DNA of 61,972 nucleotides, counting the filler. It is 6 parts of 6 records of this genome, joined end to end, with 100 filler letters (N's around TTAATTAATTAA, not from the genome) between each part and the next. Parts side by side here need not be neighbours in the genome. Positions count along the whole stretch, not along the records: positions 6,382 to 26,215 come from SRR20825010_2595; positions 26,316 to 42,312 come from SRR20825010_2598; 4 more parts are not named here. The stretch is one strand, 5' to 3'. Under the pieces are notes generated by a model. The model was given only the letters and a program-made list of their open reading frames with translations. It did no database searches and was not told the origin of the DNA. Shown one piece after another: positions 20,750-32,300 of this stretch. The translations under genes were made by a program, and so were the position numbers. Numbering within the stretch: position 1 is the stretch's first letter; every line of letters starts with the position of its first letter.

Positions 20750-21943
20750 CTACTTTGAGTTGCCAATTCGTTTTCGACCGGTGACGGTGGACAGATCGTG
20801 TTTGGAACCGTGGCGTTGCCCGCGATTCGCAGCATCTGGATCATGTTGGTCTCGGCCGCTGCCCCTGGACATCACCAGCGAGATGCCACACTCGAGCTTG
20901 AGCCAATCCAATGCGGCCTGTTTGACCGCGAGTGTGCGAGCGTGGATCAATGCCGATTGACTGAAGGCTTGATCTTCAGCCATGGCATTTGGTGTTTGCG
21001 AAACTTGCTTGGGCATTCCGCCCACATAGCCTTCCGCGTACGACGCTCCGCTGCCGCGAGAATGACCGCCGTATTGCAACTGAGCTGCGGTAGCGATGGT
21101 CAGCAGCAACTCGCGAAATAGCAGGATGCAATTCTTGACATCGTCGACAGGACCATAAAACCAAAACAACGTTCGGTTCTGTTTGCGGCCGTAGTACCAT
21201 TGCACCATCGGAAAGATCTCTTCGCTGACATACGCTGCCAGCGACTTTTCCCACGCGCAGGCTCGGCGTCCGTTCACCGGGCAAGCCATCCTCGTGTAAG
21301 AAACACTTTCGATGTTGTCGTCTTCGGTGATGTCTTCGCGTGACAAGTTGTGACGCAGCATCAGACTTTGCATCATTCGCAAAGCGTTTCGCTTTTCACC
21401 CTCGGTGCTGGCATGATTGCTGGCGGTTGTGTCCAGAGCACGCAAACGGCGAAGGATCTTTTCGAATTCGTTTTGAGTCAGCAGTTGCTCGCTGTCCTGC
21501 GGTCGTTGAGGCCCGATGGCCGGCAGAGTTGAATCAGACGGAGCACCCGCGAATGTCCAGTAGTTCACGATGGCATAGTCGTCATCGTCCATTGGATTCC
21601 ACGTGTCATGAATCTCATGGTCGATGAGGCAGCAAAAGTGACCGCCACGCCGCGTGTTGTGTTTCTCAAGATGTGCAACGACGACACCGCGAGGCAAATG
21701 CTCGGCGTGGAAGCTGAGTCCGTTGCCGTGATGTCGGCGCCATTGATTGGCACGAAGGTATTCATCCCCCACCGAGCTGCAGACTCCGTTGCGAACGGTT
21801 TTGTTCGCGGATTTGCCCAGTGATTGGTAAATGTCGCGATAGCTTGTTCCCGTTGCGATCGCGATTGCCCGGGTCACACAATCTCCCGCTAAACCAACAA
21901 ATCCTGCCGAGGATCGTCCGCCGTCGTTCCAGATAAATTCCAT
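20750..21943 (-). CDS. Fusion of a papain-like (C39-like) domain and a DUF2786 domain
   Basis: GDCVTRAIAIATG...GHFCCLID...HDTW; then KILRRLRAL...EGEKRNALRMMQSLMLRHNL. Confidence 0.7.
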   Translation of the reverse strand: MEFIWNDGGRSSAGFVGLAGDCVTRAIAIATGTSYRDIYQSLGKSANKTVRNGVCSSVGDEYLRANQWRRHHGNGLSFHAEHLPRGVVVAHLEKHNTRRGGHFCCLIDHEIHDTWNPMDDDDYAIVNYWTFAGAPSDSTLPAIGPQRPQDSEQLLTQNEFEKILRRLRALDTTASNHASTEGEKRNALRMMQSLMLRHNLSREDITEDDNIESVSYTRMACPVNGRRACAWEKSLAAYVSEEIFPMVQWYYGRKQNRTLFWFYGPVDDVKNCILLFRELLLTIATAAQLQYGGHSRGSGASYAEGYVGGMPKQVSQTPNAMAEDQAFSQSALIHARTLAVKQAALDWLKLECGISLVMSRGSGRDQHDPDAANRGQRHGSKHDLSTVTGRKRIGNSK

Positions 21944-22014
21944 TGCGGTGTCGCGAAAATATTTATAAAGGACGCAGGTTAATGTGAATCAGGATCGACA
22001 TCAACGTCGATGGA

Positions 22015-22896
22015 TCAAACCATTGTATCGGCTTTGCGGCTTCCTCGCATAAGACGCCAAGCGATCACCACAACAACGATCGTGGCGATCACGGTCACGG
22101 TCCAACAGGTCGTTGAAGAAGGAGCAAATCCAGCCGATGACAAATCCAACGTAGGATTCAACAGTCGACGCAGTTCCAGCATCGAATAACTCAAAGGGTT
22201 CAGTTGCATGATGCCCGCGAGTACCCAGCCGCCCCAATCGCCCATTGTTGCCGTTCCAGATTCGATGACCGGTCCAGAAAGGCTCCATGCGGGAATCGGA
22301 AAGAAGGTCCCGGCCAACAACCACATCGGCATCAGGCCCAGCATCATGATGGCGTGAAAGCCTTGCGTGCTTTCCATCGGCCACGCGACGATCATTCCAA
22401 GTGCGCACATCGCAATCGCGATGATTGCCAGCAAGAGCAACAGCCACGGAAACGTCCATGCGATCGAAGCTGCACCGACCAAGTACACCAGCAACAAAAA
22501 GATCAACGCTTGTGCCCAGGCGATCGCGGCGCCGCCCAGCACTTTGCCGACCAGAACGGGAAAACGTCCCGCGGGAGAAACCAGCACCGATTGCATGAAG
22601 CCTTCTCGGCGATCTTCGATCACCGAGATCGTCGCGAAAATAGCGGTGAAGAGAACGATCAGCCCAATCGTGCCCGGCAGAAAGAATTGCGAGAAGCTTT
22701 CGCCTCCGGCTGATTCGAACGAGCCACGCAGCCCAGTTCCAAACAGCAACCAAAACAAAAGCGGTTGCACGATCGCGGCGGTCACCCGGTTTCGTTGGCG
22801 AAAGAACCGCGTCCATTCGCGTCTCGCCAGCATCCACGCGGCGCCCATGCGAGCGGAGGTGGTCATGCCTGAATCGGTCATCGCAGGAGAACTCAT
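22015..22896 (-). CDS. ABC-2 type permease
   Basis: REWTRFFRQ, IEDRREGF, NPLSY. Confidence 0.92.
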   Translation of the reverse strand: MSSPAMTDSGMTTSARMGAAWMLARREWTRFFRQRNRVTAAIVQPLLFWLLFGTGLRGSFESAGGESFSQFFLPGTIGLIVLFTAIFATISVIEDRREGFMQSVLVSPAGRFPVLVGKVLGGAAIAWAQALIFLLLVYLVGAASIAWTFPWLLLLLAIIAIAMCALGMIVAWPMESTQGFHAIMMLGLMPMWLLAGTFFPIPAWSLSGPVIESGTATMGDWGGWVLAGIMQLNPLSYSMLELRRLLNPTLDLSSAGFAPSSTTCWTVTVIATIVVVVIAWRLMRGSRKADTMV

Positions 22897-23867
22897 TGGA
22901 ATTGTTTCCCCGTTCGGGCGACGAAGACATCTTCGAGATTTGGGCGTCCGATGCTGATCGACTGGACGGCATCACCCAACGCTTCCGAAACTTTGGTAAC
23001 TATCTCCGGTGCATCGCATGGCATGCGAAGAGTCTCGCCGACAATTTGAGTTTCCAAATTCAGCTCACTCTCCAGAATTGCTTTTGCGTCAGCCAGATCG
23101 TCCGGGACGATGGTCAGCACGCCGCCACCCAGGTCGGCTCGCAATCGCGAAGGGGCGTCGTCGGCAATCTTCTTGCCTTGGTCTAGCAGGATTACACGGT
23201 TGGCCTTGGCGGCCTCTTCCATCAAATGAGTTGTTAGTAAAACCGCCACACCGTCGTTGGCCAATTGTTGCAATGCGTCCCACAGCGACAGGCGAGCTCC
23301 CGGGTCGAGTCCCGTGCTGGGTTCATCGAGCAGCATGACTCGTGGTCGGTGCAGCAAGCCTTTTGCCAGTTCCACACGACGTTTCAATCCGCCCGAAAGT
23401 GTTTGGCAAAGATCTCGCCGTCGATCGGTCAACGAGAATTGTTCCAGCAGAGCATCGCAGCGTTTGGACAATTCGCGTCCCGACAAACCGTACAACGCGC
23501 CTTGGCAGCGAAGGTTTTCATCGACCGTCAGTTTGATGTCCAAACTGGGTGACTGAAAAATGATTCCGATGCGGCTGCGAACGGCGTCCACGTGTTCGGC
23601 AATGTTCAGCCCATCGATGGTGACGCTGCCGCGTTGAATTGGCAGCAATGTGCTGAGGACTCGAAACAGGGTCGTCTTTCCGCTGCCGTTCTTGCCGAGC
23701 ACGGCGACGATTTCACCCGCCCGAACCGAGAGGTCGATTCCGTCAACGGCGACGTTATCGCCATAGCGGTGATGCAAATCGCGAATGTCACAAAGGACAT
23801 CGCCCAACGCTGACGCGGACTCATTCGGCGCGTCGATGGGACTGGTAGCAGTCGAAGTCGTTGTCAT
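22893..23867 (-). CDS. ABC transporter ATP-binding protein
   Basis: GKNGSGKTT, LSGGLKRR, LLDEPSTGLD. Confidence 0.93.
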   Translation of the reverse strand: MTTTSTATSPIDAPNESASALGDVLCDIRDLHHRYGDNVAVDGIDLSVRAGEIVAVLGKNGSGKTTLFRVLSTLLPIQRGSVTIDGLNIAEHVDAVRSRIGIIFQSPSLDIKLTVDENLRCQGALYGLSGRELSKRCDALLEQFSLTDRRRDLCQTLSGGLKRRVELAKGLLHRPRVMLLDEPSTGLDPGARLSLWDALQQLANDGVAVLLTTHLMEEAAKANRVILLDQGKKIADDAPSRLRADLGGGVLTIVPDDLADAKAILESELNLETQIVGETLRMPCDAPEIVTKVSEALGDAVQSISIGRPNLEDVFVARTGKQFQ

Positions 23868-23877
23868 GAATGATTTT

Positions 23878-25047
23878 TTACAGTGAAGCTCGAAGAGTCA
23901 TCACCAAGAGAACGGCGGGCAGAACGACCAGCGACCAACGCAGCATCTTGCGAGCGGTTTTGTCGTTGGGGTTTGCACGGAAATTCAGGGAGGCTCGCAG
24001 GAGAGGCCAAGAAGCGGCCAGGATCAAAACCGTTGCCAAGACGCTGGCGGCCGATGCGACCCATTGCCCATCGGGGAACCAAGCCAGGACCACGCCACAA
24101 GTTGCGAGAGCGACGCTGCCCAGAATGCTTTGCCACGCCGCATGTCGCCCGGTGGGTTCAACGGTCGTCGTCATGCAGAAACCCGCCTTGGCGTATTGCG
24201 TTCGGTACAACCAAGCGATGGCCATGAAGTGTGGGTACTGCCAACACGCCAGCACGCCGAACAACATCCATCCGGGCAATTCGGTCAAGGTGCCGCCGGC
24301 GGCGGTGTAACCGATGAACACCGGAAGAGCCCCGGCAATCGCGCCGACGGTCGTGTTCCAAGCGGTGCGGGTTTTCATCGGAGTGTAAACCAACACGTAA
24401 ATGAGCCAGGTTGCGATGCCAACGCACGCGGGGACCAGGCCGTTGCCCAGCCACAGAATGATTGATCCGGCGATTCCGCTGGCGGCGGTCAAAGCAACCG
24501 CGACGGCGTAGCTCATCCGGCCACCAGGGACGGGGCGGTTTGCAGTTCGCGGCATGTTTCGGTCGATTCGGCATTCCCAAACTTGGTTAGCCGCACCCGC
24601 ACTGCCCGCGATCAAAGCGGTTCCGATCATCAACCAGAACCAATCGATCAACGTCAGTGTCGCGCTGCCCGCGATCAAAGCTGATGCCACGGTCGTGACC
24701 AGGATCATCGTGACGATGCGAGGTTTGGTCAGCTCAATCACATCGGCGAAGACGCTGCGATCGACCCCAGCGGCGACATCGGCTTTCGCTTCTGCGCCAG
24801 CGTTCAGGGATTCGGCGTTCGAGTTGGTTTCTTGCACGGGAATTTCATCATTCAACGTGCTGGCTCGATCGGTCGAGGGACGCGGGCGGGAAACAGTTTT
24901 CATCCGCGGCGTCGGTTCCAGCACGGCGGTCGATCCGCTCGCAGAAACGCTGCGTGGAAGCGAGCCCAAGTTTTGGAGAGACCGGTCATCAAGGGACAGA
25001 CCGCTCCCGGCGACAATCTCGAGCGTTTCGCGGCAATCAGATGCCAT
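23878..25047 (-). CDS. cyoE: Heme o synthase (protoheme IX farnesyltransferase)
   Basis: LTKPRI, DRNMPRTANRP, YTPMK, WQYPHF. Confidence 0.93.
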   Translation of the reverse strand: MASDCRETLEIVAGSGLSLDDRSLQNLGSLPRSVSASGSTAVLEPTPRMKTVSRPRPSTDRASTLNDEIPVQETNSNAESLNAGAEAKADVAAGVDRSVFADVIELTKPRIVTMILVTTVASALIAGSATLTLIDWFWLMIGTALIAGSAGAANQVWECRIDRNMPRTANRPVPGGRMSYAVAVALTAASGIAGSIILWLGNGLVPACVGIATWLIYVLVYTPMKTRTAWNTTVGAIAGALPVFIGYTAAGGTLTELPGWMLFGVLACWQYPHFMAIAWLYRTQYAKAGFCMTTTVEPTGRHAAWQSILGSVALATCGVVLAWFPDGQWVASAASVLATVLILAASWPLLRASLNFRANPNDKTARKMLRWSLVVLPAVLLVMTLRASL

Positions 25048-25060
25048 GATCGTTCCGGAT

Positions 25061-26131
25061 TCAGGATGAGACAGAAAAGGATAAAACGCGGCGGCGGCGT
25101 AGCAACCGGACTAACAGGAGCGATGAAACCGCCAAAATCAGCGACCCCGTCGCGACGTGCCCCGTCACAATCCACGCGTCCAACACGTTTTTGCTGTGCA
25201 GGAGATACGAGTCAGCAACTGAAAGCGAAGCCAGCATCTGTGGGTAGCCGTAGTTAACGATCCAGGTCGCGAACCCCAAGCCGATTTGAATGGCCACAAA
25301 GCATATCAAGGCACCCGCCGGTCGCGACAGCGTCAAATCGCCGCAGCGTCGCATTCGCCAGTAAGCCACGCCGGTCGTCAGCCACAAAACAAAGGCGATC
25401 GTGATGTGCGTCTTGACGATATGAGCGAACCCAACCGGGCTGAATCCGGGCAAGGCATGACGCATCATCGCGCCCAAAACCAGCTGCATGTAGGCCAAAA
25501 CTAACAGCGAAATCGGCCAAAATGCCGTCGGTGTCCGCTCAGAAGTTCCCTCGGCGGATTGTCGCACCGAATCAGCCAACCATCTCCTGCCGGTGACGCA
25601 GGCGGCGATCACGCACAACACAAAAAACGCGGGGCCGACGCAACCGTGGATCATCGCCAGTGTCCGGGCACTCAGCGTCACCCGCAAACCGCCCAGAACA
25701 CCCTGCCCGATCACGGCCGCCAAAACCAGCACGGACAGGCCAATTGCCCAGCGGCGTTTTTCCGTGTTGAGCGAGGCGATCACCAATCCGATCGCGATGA
25801 ATCCGACCAACGCGGCCAGCAGCCGGTGACCGTGCTCAATGAACAGATCAAATGGTCCAAACAACCAAGTCGAGAGCGGATACAGAAGCAGGTTGTACCC
25901 GTATGTCCCAGGCCAATCTGGCACCGACATCCCGGCGTCGTAGGTCGTCACCAAACCGCCGACCCAAATCAATGGCCAGGTCAAACAAACCATCACGCGA
26001 GTGAGCCGGAACGGCCATTTCGGGACCGATTGAGCGGTTGGCTCGTTCGCGGCGTCTTCGCCGTGCGAATCGGCCGGTGTCTCAGGCACGTGCGGCAAAG
26101 TTCTGTTTTCGGAATCAGCAACTTCGCTCAT
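25061..26131 (-). CDS. ctaA: COX15/CtaA heme A synthase
   Basis: GGLVTTYDAGMSVPDWP, EHGHR, QGVLGGLRV, conserved His residues; adjacent to cyoE. Confidence 0.88.
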   Translation of the reverse strand: MSEVADSENRTLPHVPETPADSHGEDAANEPTAQSVPKWPFRLTRVMVCLTWPLIWVGGLVTTYDAGMSVPDWPGTYGYNLLLYPLSTWLFGPFDLFIEHGHRLLAALVGFIAIGLVIASLNTEKRRWAIGLSVLVLAAVIGQGVLGGLRVTLSARTLAMIHGCVGPAFFVLCVIAACVTGRRWLADSVRQSAEGTSERTPTAFWPISLLVLAYMQLVLGAMMRHALPGFSPVGFAHIVKTHITIAFVLWLTTGVAYWRMRRCGDLTLSRPAGALICFVAIQIGLGFATWIVNYGYPQMLASLSVADSYLLHSKNVLDAWIVTGHVATGSLILAVSSLLLVRLLRRRRVLSFSVSS

Positions 26132-26215
26132 CGCTGTCCTCGTCGGTCAAAAATCTGTTCTCCCGCGATTCCGCCGATCACGCATCCGCCCGCACCAAAT
26201 CCAGCTCCGGCGACA

Positions 26216-26315
26216 NNNNNNNNNNNNNNNNNNNNNNNNNNNNNNNNNNNNNNNNNNNNTTAATTAATTAANNNNNNNNNNNNNNNNNNNNNNNNNNNNN
26301 NNNNNNNNNNNNNNN
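26216..26315. other. Artificial contig linker
   Basis: N-run + TTAATTAATTAA + N-run. Confidence 0.98.
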
Positions 26316-27163
26316 TAGATGGACTGGTCGTCATCGCCCACACAGCAGATGTTTTTGGAAGCCTGTGCCAGCAGCCGTAGCCACAGATATTGTGCAACGT
26401 TGGTATCCTGGTACTCGTCCACCAGAATATAACGGAACTGATTGTGATACTCGCGCAGTACATCCGGGTTGCTTTGGAACAGCGTGATAACATGCATCAA
26501 AAGGTCGCCAAAGTCACAGGCGTTCAGGACCTGCAAGCGTTCCTGATACTGTTCATAAAGTGTGCTGCCCAGCCCGTTTGCGAAGGCAAAAGCTTCCCCT
26601 TGGGGCACTTTGGCTGTTGAGAGCGCGCGGTTTTTCCAGCGATCAATAAGCCCCGCGAGCGTGCGGGCGGGCCAGCGTTTCTCATCAATATTCTCGGCCT
26701 GAATCAGCTGCTTGAGCAGCCTGATCTGGTCATCGGTATCAAGAATGGTGAAGTTGGATTTGAGGCCGACAAGCTCTGCATGCTTGCGCAATATTTTCAC
26801 GCAGACCGAGTGAAACGTACCAATCCACATACCTTCAACTGGGCGGTTGATAACGCGCGCAACGCGGTTTTGCATCTCCTTGGCGGCCTTGTTGGTAAAG
26901 GTAACTGCAAGGATATTCCAGGGTGCCGCGCGGCCCGTGGCCATCAAATGACCGAGCCTTGTAGTGAGGACGCGGGTTTTGCCAGTGCCCGCACCTGCCA
27001 GCACCAGAAGCGGACCGTCTGTCGCCAAAACCGCTTCCCGCTGAGGCGCGTTCAAGCCTTCAATATACGGCGGCGGGATATCGGCGCGCGGTGCTAGGGC
27101 GGGGGCAGGCGCTTGGGTGTCGCCGTTATCCAGATCATCAAGGTCAAAAGGGTCGCTCATCAT
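26316..27163 (-). CDS. uvrD: UvrD/PcrA helicase, 3' truncated
   Basis: AGAGTGKT, TFTNKAA, GTFHS, VDEYQDTN, VGDDDQSI. Confidence 0.95.
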
Positions 27164-27238
27164 TGGGGGTCTATAGCACCCAATGGGAGGCACGAAAAGG
27201 GCGGCGATGGTGTGGGGTGAAATTCTTCACAGGCGAGT

Positions 27239-29047
27239 TTAAACACGGCGGCGCAGGCGGGTGTCGCCGCCCTGGCTTTCTAGCAGGGCACGATTATATT
27301 CCTGCATTACATCGCGGTGCCGGATAAGCCCGACAACTGTGTGGCTGCTGTCGGCAGAGACCACCGGCAGTGTTTCCTCCCCGCTGACATCAAGTTTATG
27401 CAGCGCGACTTGAAGCGGTTGGTTTGCCTTCACGGTTTGTGGAAGGTCACGCATATATTCGCCCACGATATGGGTGCGGGCAGTGTCGCCTTCAAAAATG
27501 TCCGCAGGCAGTTGGCCAAAGCTCAGAACACCAACCATGGCACCGGTCTCGTTTGTGACTATGAGCATGCCGCCGCCTTGGGTAACGAGAAGCTCACGCG
27601 CCTTGATGGCGGGTTCCGTGTCGCGCACGGTGAAAAAGTCGCGTGTCATATGATCTGCTACCCGGGCGGATTTCAAAAGGTAGGTCGCTTTGCCGCCTTC
27701 AAGCCGGATCCCCCGGTTTGCAAGCTGCATCAGGAAGAAGGATCGCTCATAAAAGGTGCTGGTGACCATGCTGGCAACGGCAGATGCGATCATGACTGCA
27801 ATGGTGACATTATAGTCCCCGGTAATCTCAAACACGATAAGCATAGTTGAAATGGGCGCGCCCAGTACGGCGGATGCTACGGCCCCCATGCCAACAACCG
27901 CATAAAGGCCGGGCGTGGATGCAAGCTCAGGGAACACGGCGCCAGCGGCGATGCCAAACGCGCCGCCAACCATGGCGCCCAAGAAGAGGGAAGGGGAGAA
28001 GACCCCGCCCCCAAACCGGCCGCCATAACAAATGATGGCGGCAACCATTTTTGCAATTACGAGCGAAATTAGCAGTTCAAAACCATACTCGCCGTTTAGT
28101 GCCTTGCTTGTTGCCTCATACCCCACGCTCAGAACTTCGGGGAAATAAAGCGCGATCAAACCAACACAGAGCCCCGCGATAGCCGGTTGAAGCCAATAGG
28201 GCACCTTGCTGATTTTGCCACGTATTTTGTCAGCCCAGTCGAGGCCCGACATGAAAATGACCGCCGCCAATGCTGATGCGATACCTAATATGAAAAACGC
28301 GGGAAACTCCCAAAAGCTTGTGATGGCATATTCGGCTGTGTGGAACGCTGGGAAGTTGCCAAGATGCGCGCGACTGATAAGTGTGCCCGCGATGGCGGAA
28401 ATCACCACAGGGGCGAAGGCGTGCAAGGCATAGTGCCCGATAATAACTTCAAGCGCGAAGAAAACACCGGCGATGGGCGCATTGAAAGATGCAGCAACAG
28501 CTGCCGCAACACCGCACCCAAGCAGGGTGCGCGCGATGGACGGGTTGAGGTGTAATATGCGGGTGACAACCGCTGCCAGTGTTGCGCCTATATGCACAAC
28601 CGGCCCCTCGCGGCCAAGGGATGCGCCAGAGCCCAGAGAAATCAGCGTTGTTCCTGCGCTTACAAAACCTTCCTTGAAGTTAAGTTTGCCTTCCCGGATG
28701 GCCGCCGCTTCAATCACGTCAGATACGGCGCGGGTTTGGTGTGTGGGCAAAAAACGTAACAGTTGCCCAACAACAAGACCGCCAATAACCGGAATGGCAA
28801 TGAGATGGTACCAGGGTAGAGAAGCTGCGCCTGTCGCGAGTTCGGCTTCATTTTGGCCAAAGCTGAATAAAAGGAGTTCACCGATGCCCAGGTAAAAGCC
28901 GATAGCGGCATAGCCTGCAATCACGCCAACCAAGGCCGCTATGGCCGTGATGGCGCCAAATTCATATCCGCCTGCGCTAAAAAGCGAGGCTCGGATACGT
29001 CGCCGTTGCCGTTGGAACCAGTTACGTTTGATATGCTCCTGCGGCAT
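27239..29047 (-). CDS. ClC family chloride channel/transporter with CBS pair
   Basis: GREGP, FNAPIAG, GGVFSPSL, C-terminal CBS domains. Confidence 0.92.
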   Translation of the reverse strand: MPQEHIKRNWFQRQRRRIRASLFSAGGYEFGAITAIAALVGVIAGYAAIGFYLGIGELLLFSFGQNEAELATGAASLPWYHLIAIPVIGGLVVGQLLRFLPTHQTRAVSDVIEAAAIREGKLNFKEGFVSAGTTLISLGSGASLGREGPVVHIGATLAAVVTRILHLNPSIARTLLGCGVAAAVAASFNAPIAGVFFALEVIIGHYALHAFAPVVISAIAGTLISRAHLGNFPAFHTAEYAITSFWEFPAFFILGIASALAAVIFMSGLDWADKIRGKISKVPYWLQPAIAGLCVGLIALYFPEVLSVGYEATSKALNGEYGFELLISLVIAKMVAAIICYGGRFGGGVFSPSLFLGAMVGGAFGIAAGAVFPELASTPGLYAVVGMGAVASAVLGAPISTMLIVFEITGDYNVTIAVMIASAVASMVTSTFYERSFFLMQLANRGIRLEGGKATYLLKSARVADHMTRDFFTVRDTEPAIKARELLVTQGGGMLIVTNETGAMVGVLSFGQLPADIFEGDTARTHIVGEYMRDLPQTVKANQPLQVALHKLDVSGEETLPVVSADSSHTVVGLIRHRDVMQEYNRALLESQGGDTRLRRRV

Positions 29048-29320
29048 GATTAGCGATTCCTCGTCATGCTGAAACAGGTCTCGCCCATAAAGGGCCGTGT
29101 GGTTGCCAAATGAAAAGCTATTTGCGGTGTTCTTCTGGTGATCATGGTACCCAAATCAAGTGTCTTTTCCGCAGCTTAGTGTCAGAAATTCAAAAGGTTA
29201 AGAATTTTCGCCGTAAGCTTGCCTAATTGATGTGAATACTTGGGATGGTCACTTGCATTCAGCGTTCTCATTGCGCACTCTGACGGTGGAGATGCGCGTG
29301 GCGTGCAACGGAGGATTGGA

Positions 29321-32300
29321 ATGAAAAAAGGCAAAATCACAAAAATCCTTACATGGCTTGTGGGCAGCCTGGTCGGGCTGGTCGTGATAGCTTCCGTTGC
29401 GGTTGGATTTCTTGACTGGAATCAGTATCGCGGCAGGCTTGCTTCTCTTATTTCAGAGCAAACCGGCATGCGCGTGGAACTCGCGGGCGATATTCGGCTT
29501 GGCTTGTTGCCGAGGCCATCAATGTCTGCCGAGCAAGTTCGAATGTTCCCGATGCAGGATGGTGTGGTCGAGCCTGTGGCGACGGCAGAGCTGATTGAGG
29601 CAAGGCTTGGTATCTCGGCGCTCCTGAAGGGTGGGTTGGATATTCAGCATCTGGGCCTGAACGGTCTGGCGGTTACACTTGAAGAACGCGAGAACGGCAG
29701 CATCAGCCTTCGCGGCTGGCCGGAGGCCCCGGCTGAAGATGAGGTGGCTGAAACCGCAGCACCTATCAAGTTAAACCGGCTGGAACTTCAGGGCGGCAAA
29801 ATCACCCTTATGAACGCTGACGGTACGACGCGTGTTTTTGAAGAAATACAGCTCGACTTTTCCGGCAGCTTGCCTGACGGGCCCTTTGAGTGGGAGGGCG
29901 GGTTAAAAACAGCAGGCCAGCAGGTAACGACTGTTGGTAAGCTCAGGCCTTCCCGTGAAGAGGGTGTGACCTCTGTGAAAGTAGAGGCAGCGCTTGCAGG
30001 TGGTTTGGCGGATATTTCAGGCAGGCTGGACGACGGCAGTTTTGCAGGCCGGGTACAGCTGGGTGGTGACGCGCTGGGGCGCTTTGTGGCCGCCGCAACT
30101 GCCATGGGTACAGGCACGCCAGGTAGCGCTATGTTGCCGAACGAGGCCTTTGAACTTGATTTGCAAGTTGAGCGCACTTCCGGCGTGACCCGTGTAACCT
30201 CTCGTACATTTAAGGCTGCGGAGACACAGGGCCGGGTTGATCTGACACTGGCTGAACGTACGGGTAAAACCCATGTGGGTGGCACGCTCTCCCTCGGCAT
30301 TGTTGATCTTCAGCCGTGGATGGACGCTGTGCAACAGGCGAGTGGCTCGCCAAGCACAGAGCAGGCAAGCAACACAGCGGCACCACCGGAGTTGCCTGTT
30401 TCTGGTAGCATTGATGTCACCATTGAAGGTGTTCGCGTATTGGACGGTTTGATCCAGCAGGTAGATTTCGCACTCGGCGTTGGTGATGCGGGCCTCTTCG
30501 TCGGTGACGCGCAGGCGCTTTTCCCTGGTGCAACCAGTGTCAATTTCTCTGGTCGTATCGGGGCTGATATGCGTGGCAGCGGCAACCTGAACGCGACCTC
30601 GGGCAACTTGCAGGACATGTTGCGCTGGCTCGGCTATGACCCAAGCGGGCAATTGGCGCCCGGGCGTCTCGCTACAGCGGATTTTGCTGGAAAGCTGGAG
30701 CTTGATGGCAGCCGGTGGTTGGTATCCAACATCAAAAGCCGACTGGATACGACCAACATCAGTGGTGGTATCGTGGGGACCCTGAACGGCGGTTGGCCAA
30801 CAAATGTGACCCTGCAGGCCGATAACATTAATCTGGACGCCTATCTCCCTGAGAATAAACCGGCTTCCGCAGGAACAGCGGCTGAACCCGCGCAAAAAAC
30901 AGCCGAGCTGTTTGCCATGTTGCCGGAAAGCACGTTACGCTTCGGTTTTAAGGCATCTGCCATTCAATGGGCGGGACAATCGTTCCGGGATTTCAGTGTT
31001 GATGCGCAAGTCGCCAACTCCGGCGTTAAGGTAAATTCGCTGACACTGAAAGGCGGCAAGGGCACACTGCAATTGGCCGCGCAACTGCGCCCCGCAGGCT
31101 CCGACATAGAAATAGACGGTGACGCGAAGCTGGCGGACTGGCCGATGCCTTTCGTGCTGGCGGTAATGCCCGACATGCAGCCCTTTATTCGGGCGAGTGG
31201 CATGAGCGGCTTTGATGGTAGCTTCAGGCTTTCAGGCCCTCTCTCCAACCTGCATCTCTCCGCCAACGCATCAAACGGTGAGGCCCGGCAGATAGCTGCG
31301 AACGGCACCGTTGCGTATGTGGCGGATAGTCCGCTCGCGTTTGATATCCGCGGCACGCTCAAACATGAGAACCTGCGGGCGCTGGCCTCCCAAACCGGGT
31401 TTGAAATCAATGGTGGTGCCGCCGCAGACCTGACCTTCAGTGCCAGTCAAAAGGCGAATGCCCCCATCAAGATGGATATCAGTGGCGAATTTGCAGGCGG
31501 CCAATTGCTTGCCAAGGGCGAACAGGGCGAAAGCAGAAGCACCTGGCAGGTTACCTATGACCACAAGCGTGCGCAGGCCGCGGCGCGTAAATTCTTGCCT
31601 GCCATGACTGTACCAAACCCGGCCCAACCGCTTCGTGTTGCGGCAAACGTAAGCCTGTCGGAAGGTGCTTGGGCGCTAGAGACGCTGGACGTTCGTAACG
31701 GAGACGCGCAAATCGCGGGTAACGTGGGCTCAGACAACAAAAGCCGGTTATATGGCAGGCTCAGGGGCTCAGGCTTTGTGTTCAATAACCTGACAGGGAA
31801 CGCGGCCAATAAGCAGCCCGCACCGGCACAGGAAGGCGAACCCTTCAATTTCGAGGCTCTACGTGGCTACTCCGGCCAGGTTGATCTGGCCCTTGAAGGC
31901 GTTACTCTTGCGGGCCAGAAGGTGCAGGCACCGGGTGCGGCGCTCACCGCTGGTGATGGCTTGATCAGGCTTGATCTCGGCAGTAGTGCTCTGCTCAATG
32001 GTCAGCCTGTGACGGTTGCGGTCGATCTCGATGTCAGCGGAGCGCCAACGGTGCAGGGCAACATTGTTGTCAAAGAACTGGATATCGCATCCATGCTGCT
32101 GTCAGAGGGGTTCGGCAGGATTGCTGATGGTGTGGCATCCTTCAACTTCAATTTCAATGCAAGCGGCGAGACACCGGAAGCCATGCTGGGTAAACTGCGT
32201 GGCCGAGGGGAAATTACCGGCCGAGCGGGCGCCTTGAACTTTCTGAGTGTACCTTCGCTTGTGCGGGAGATGTCGCAAGCTTCAACACCCACCGGGTTCC

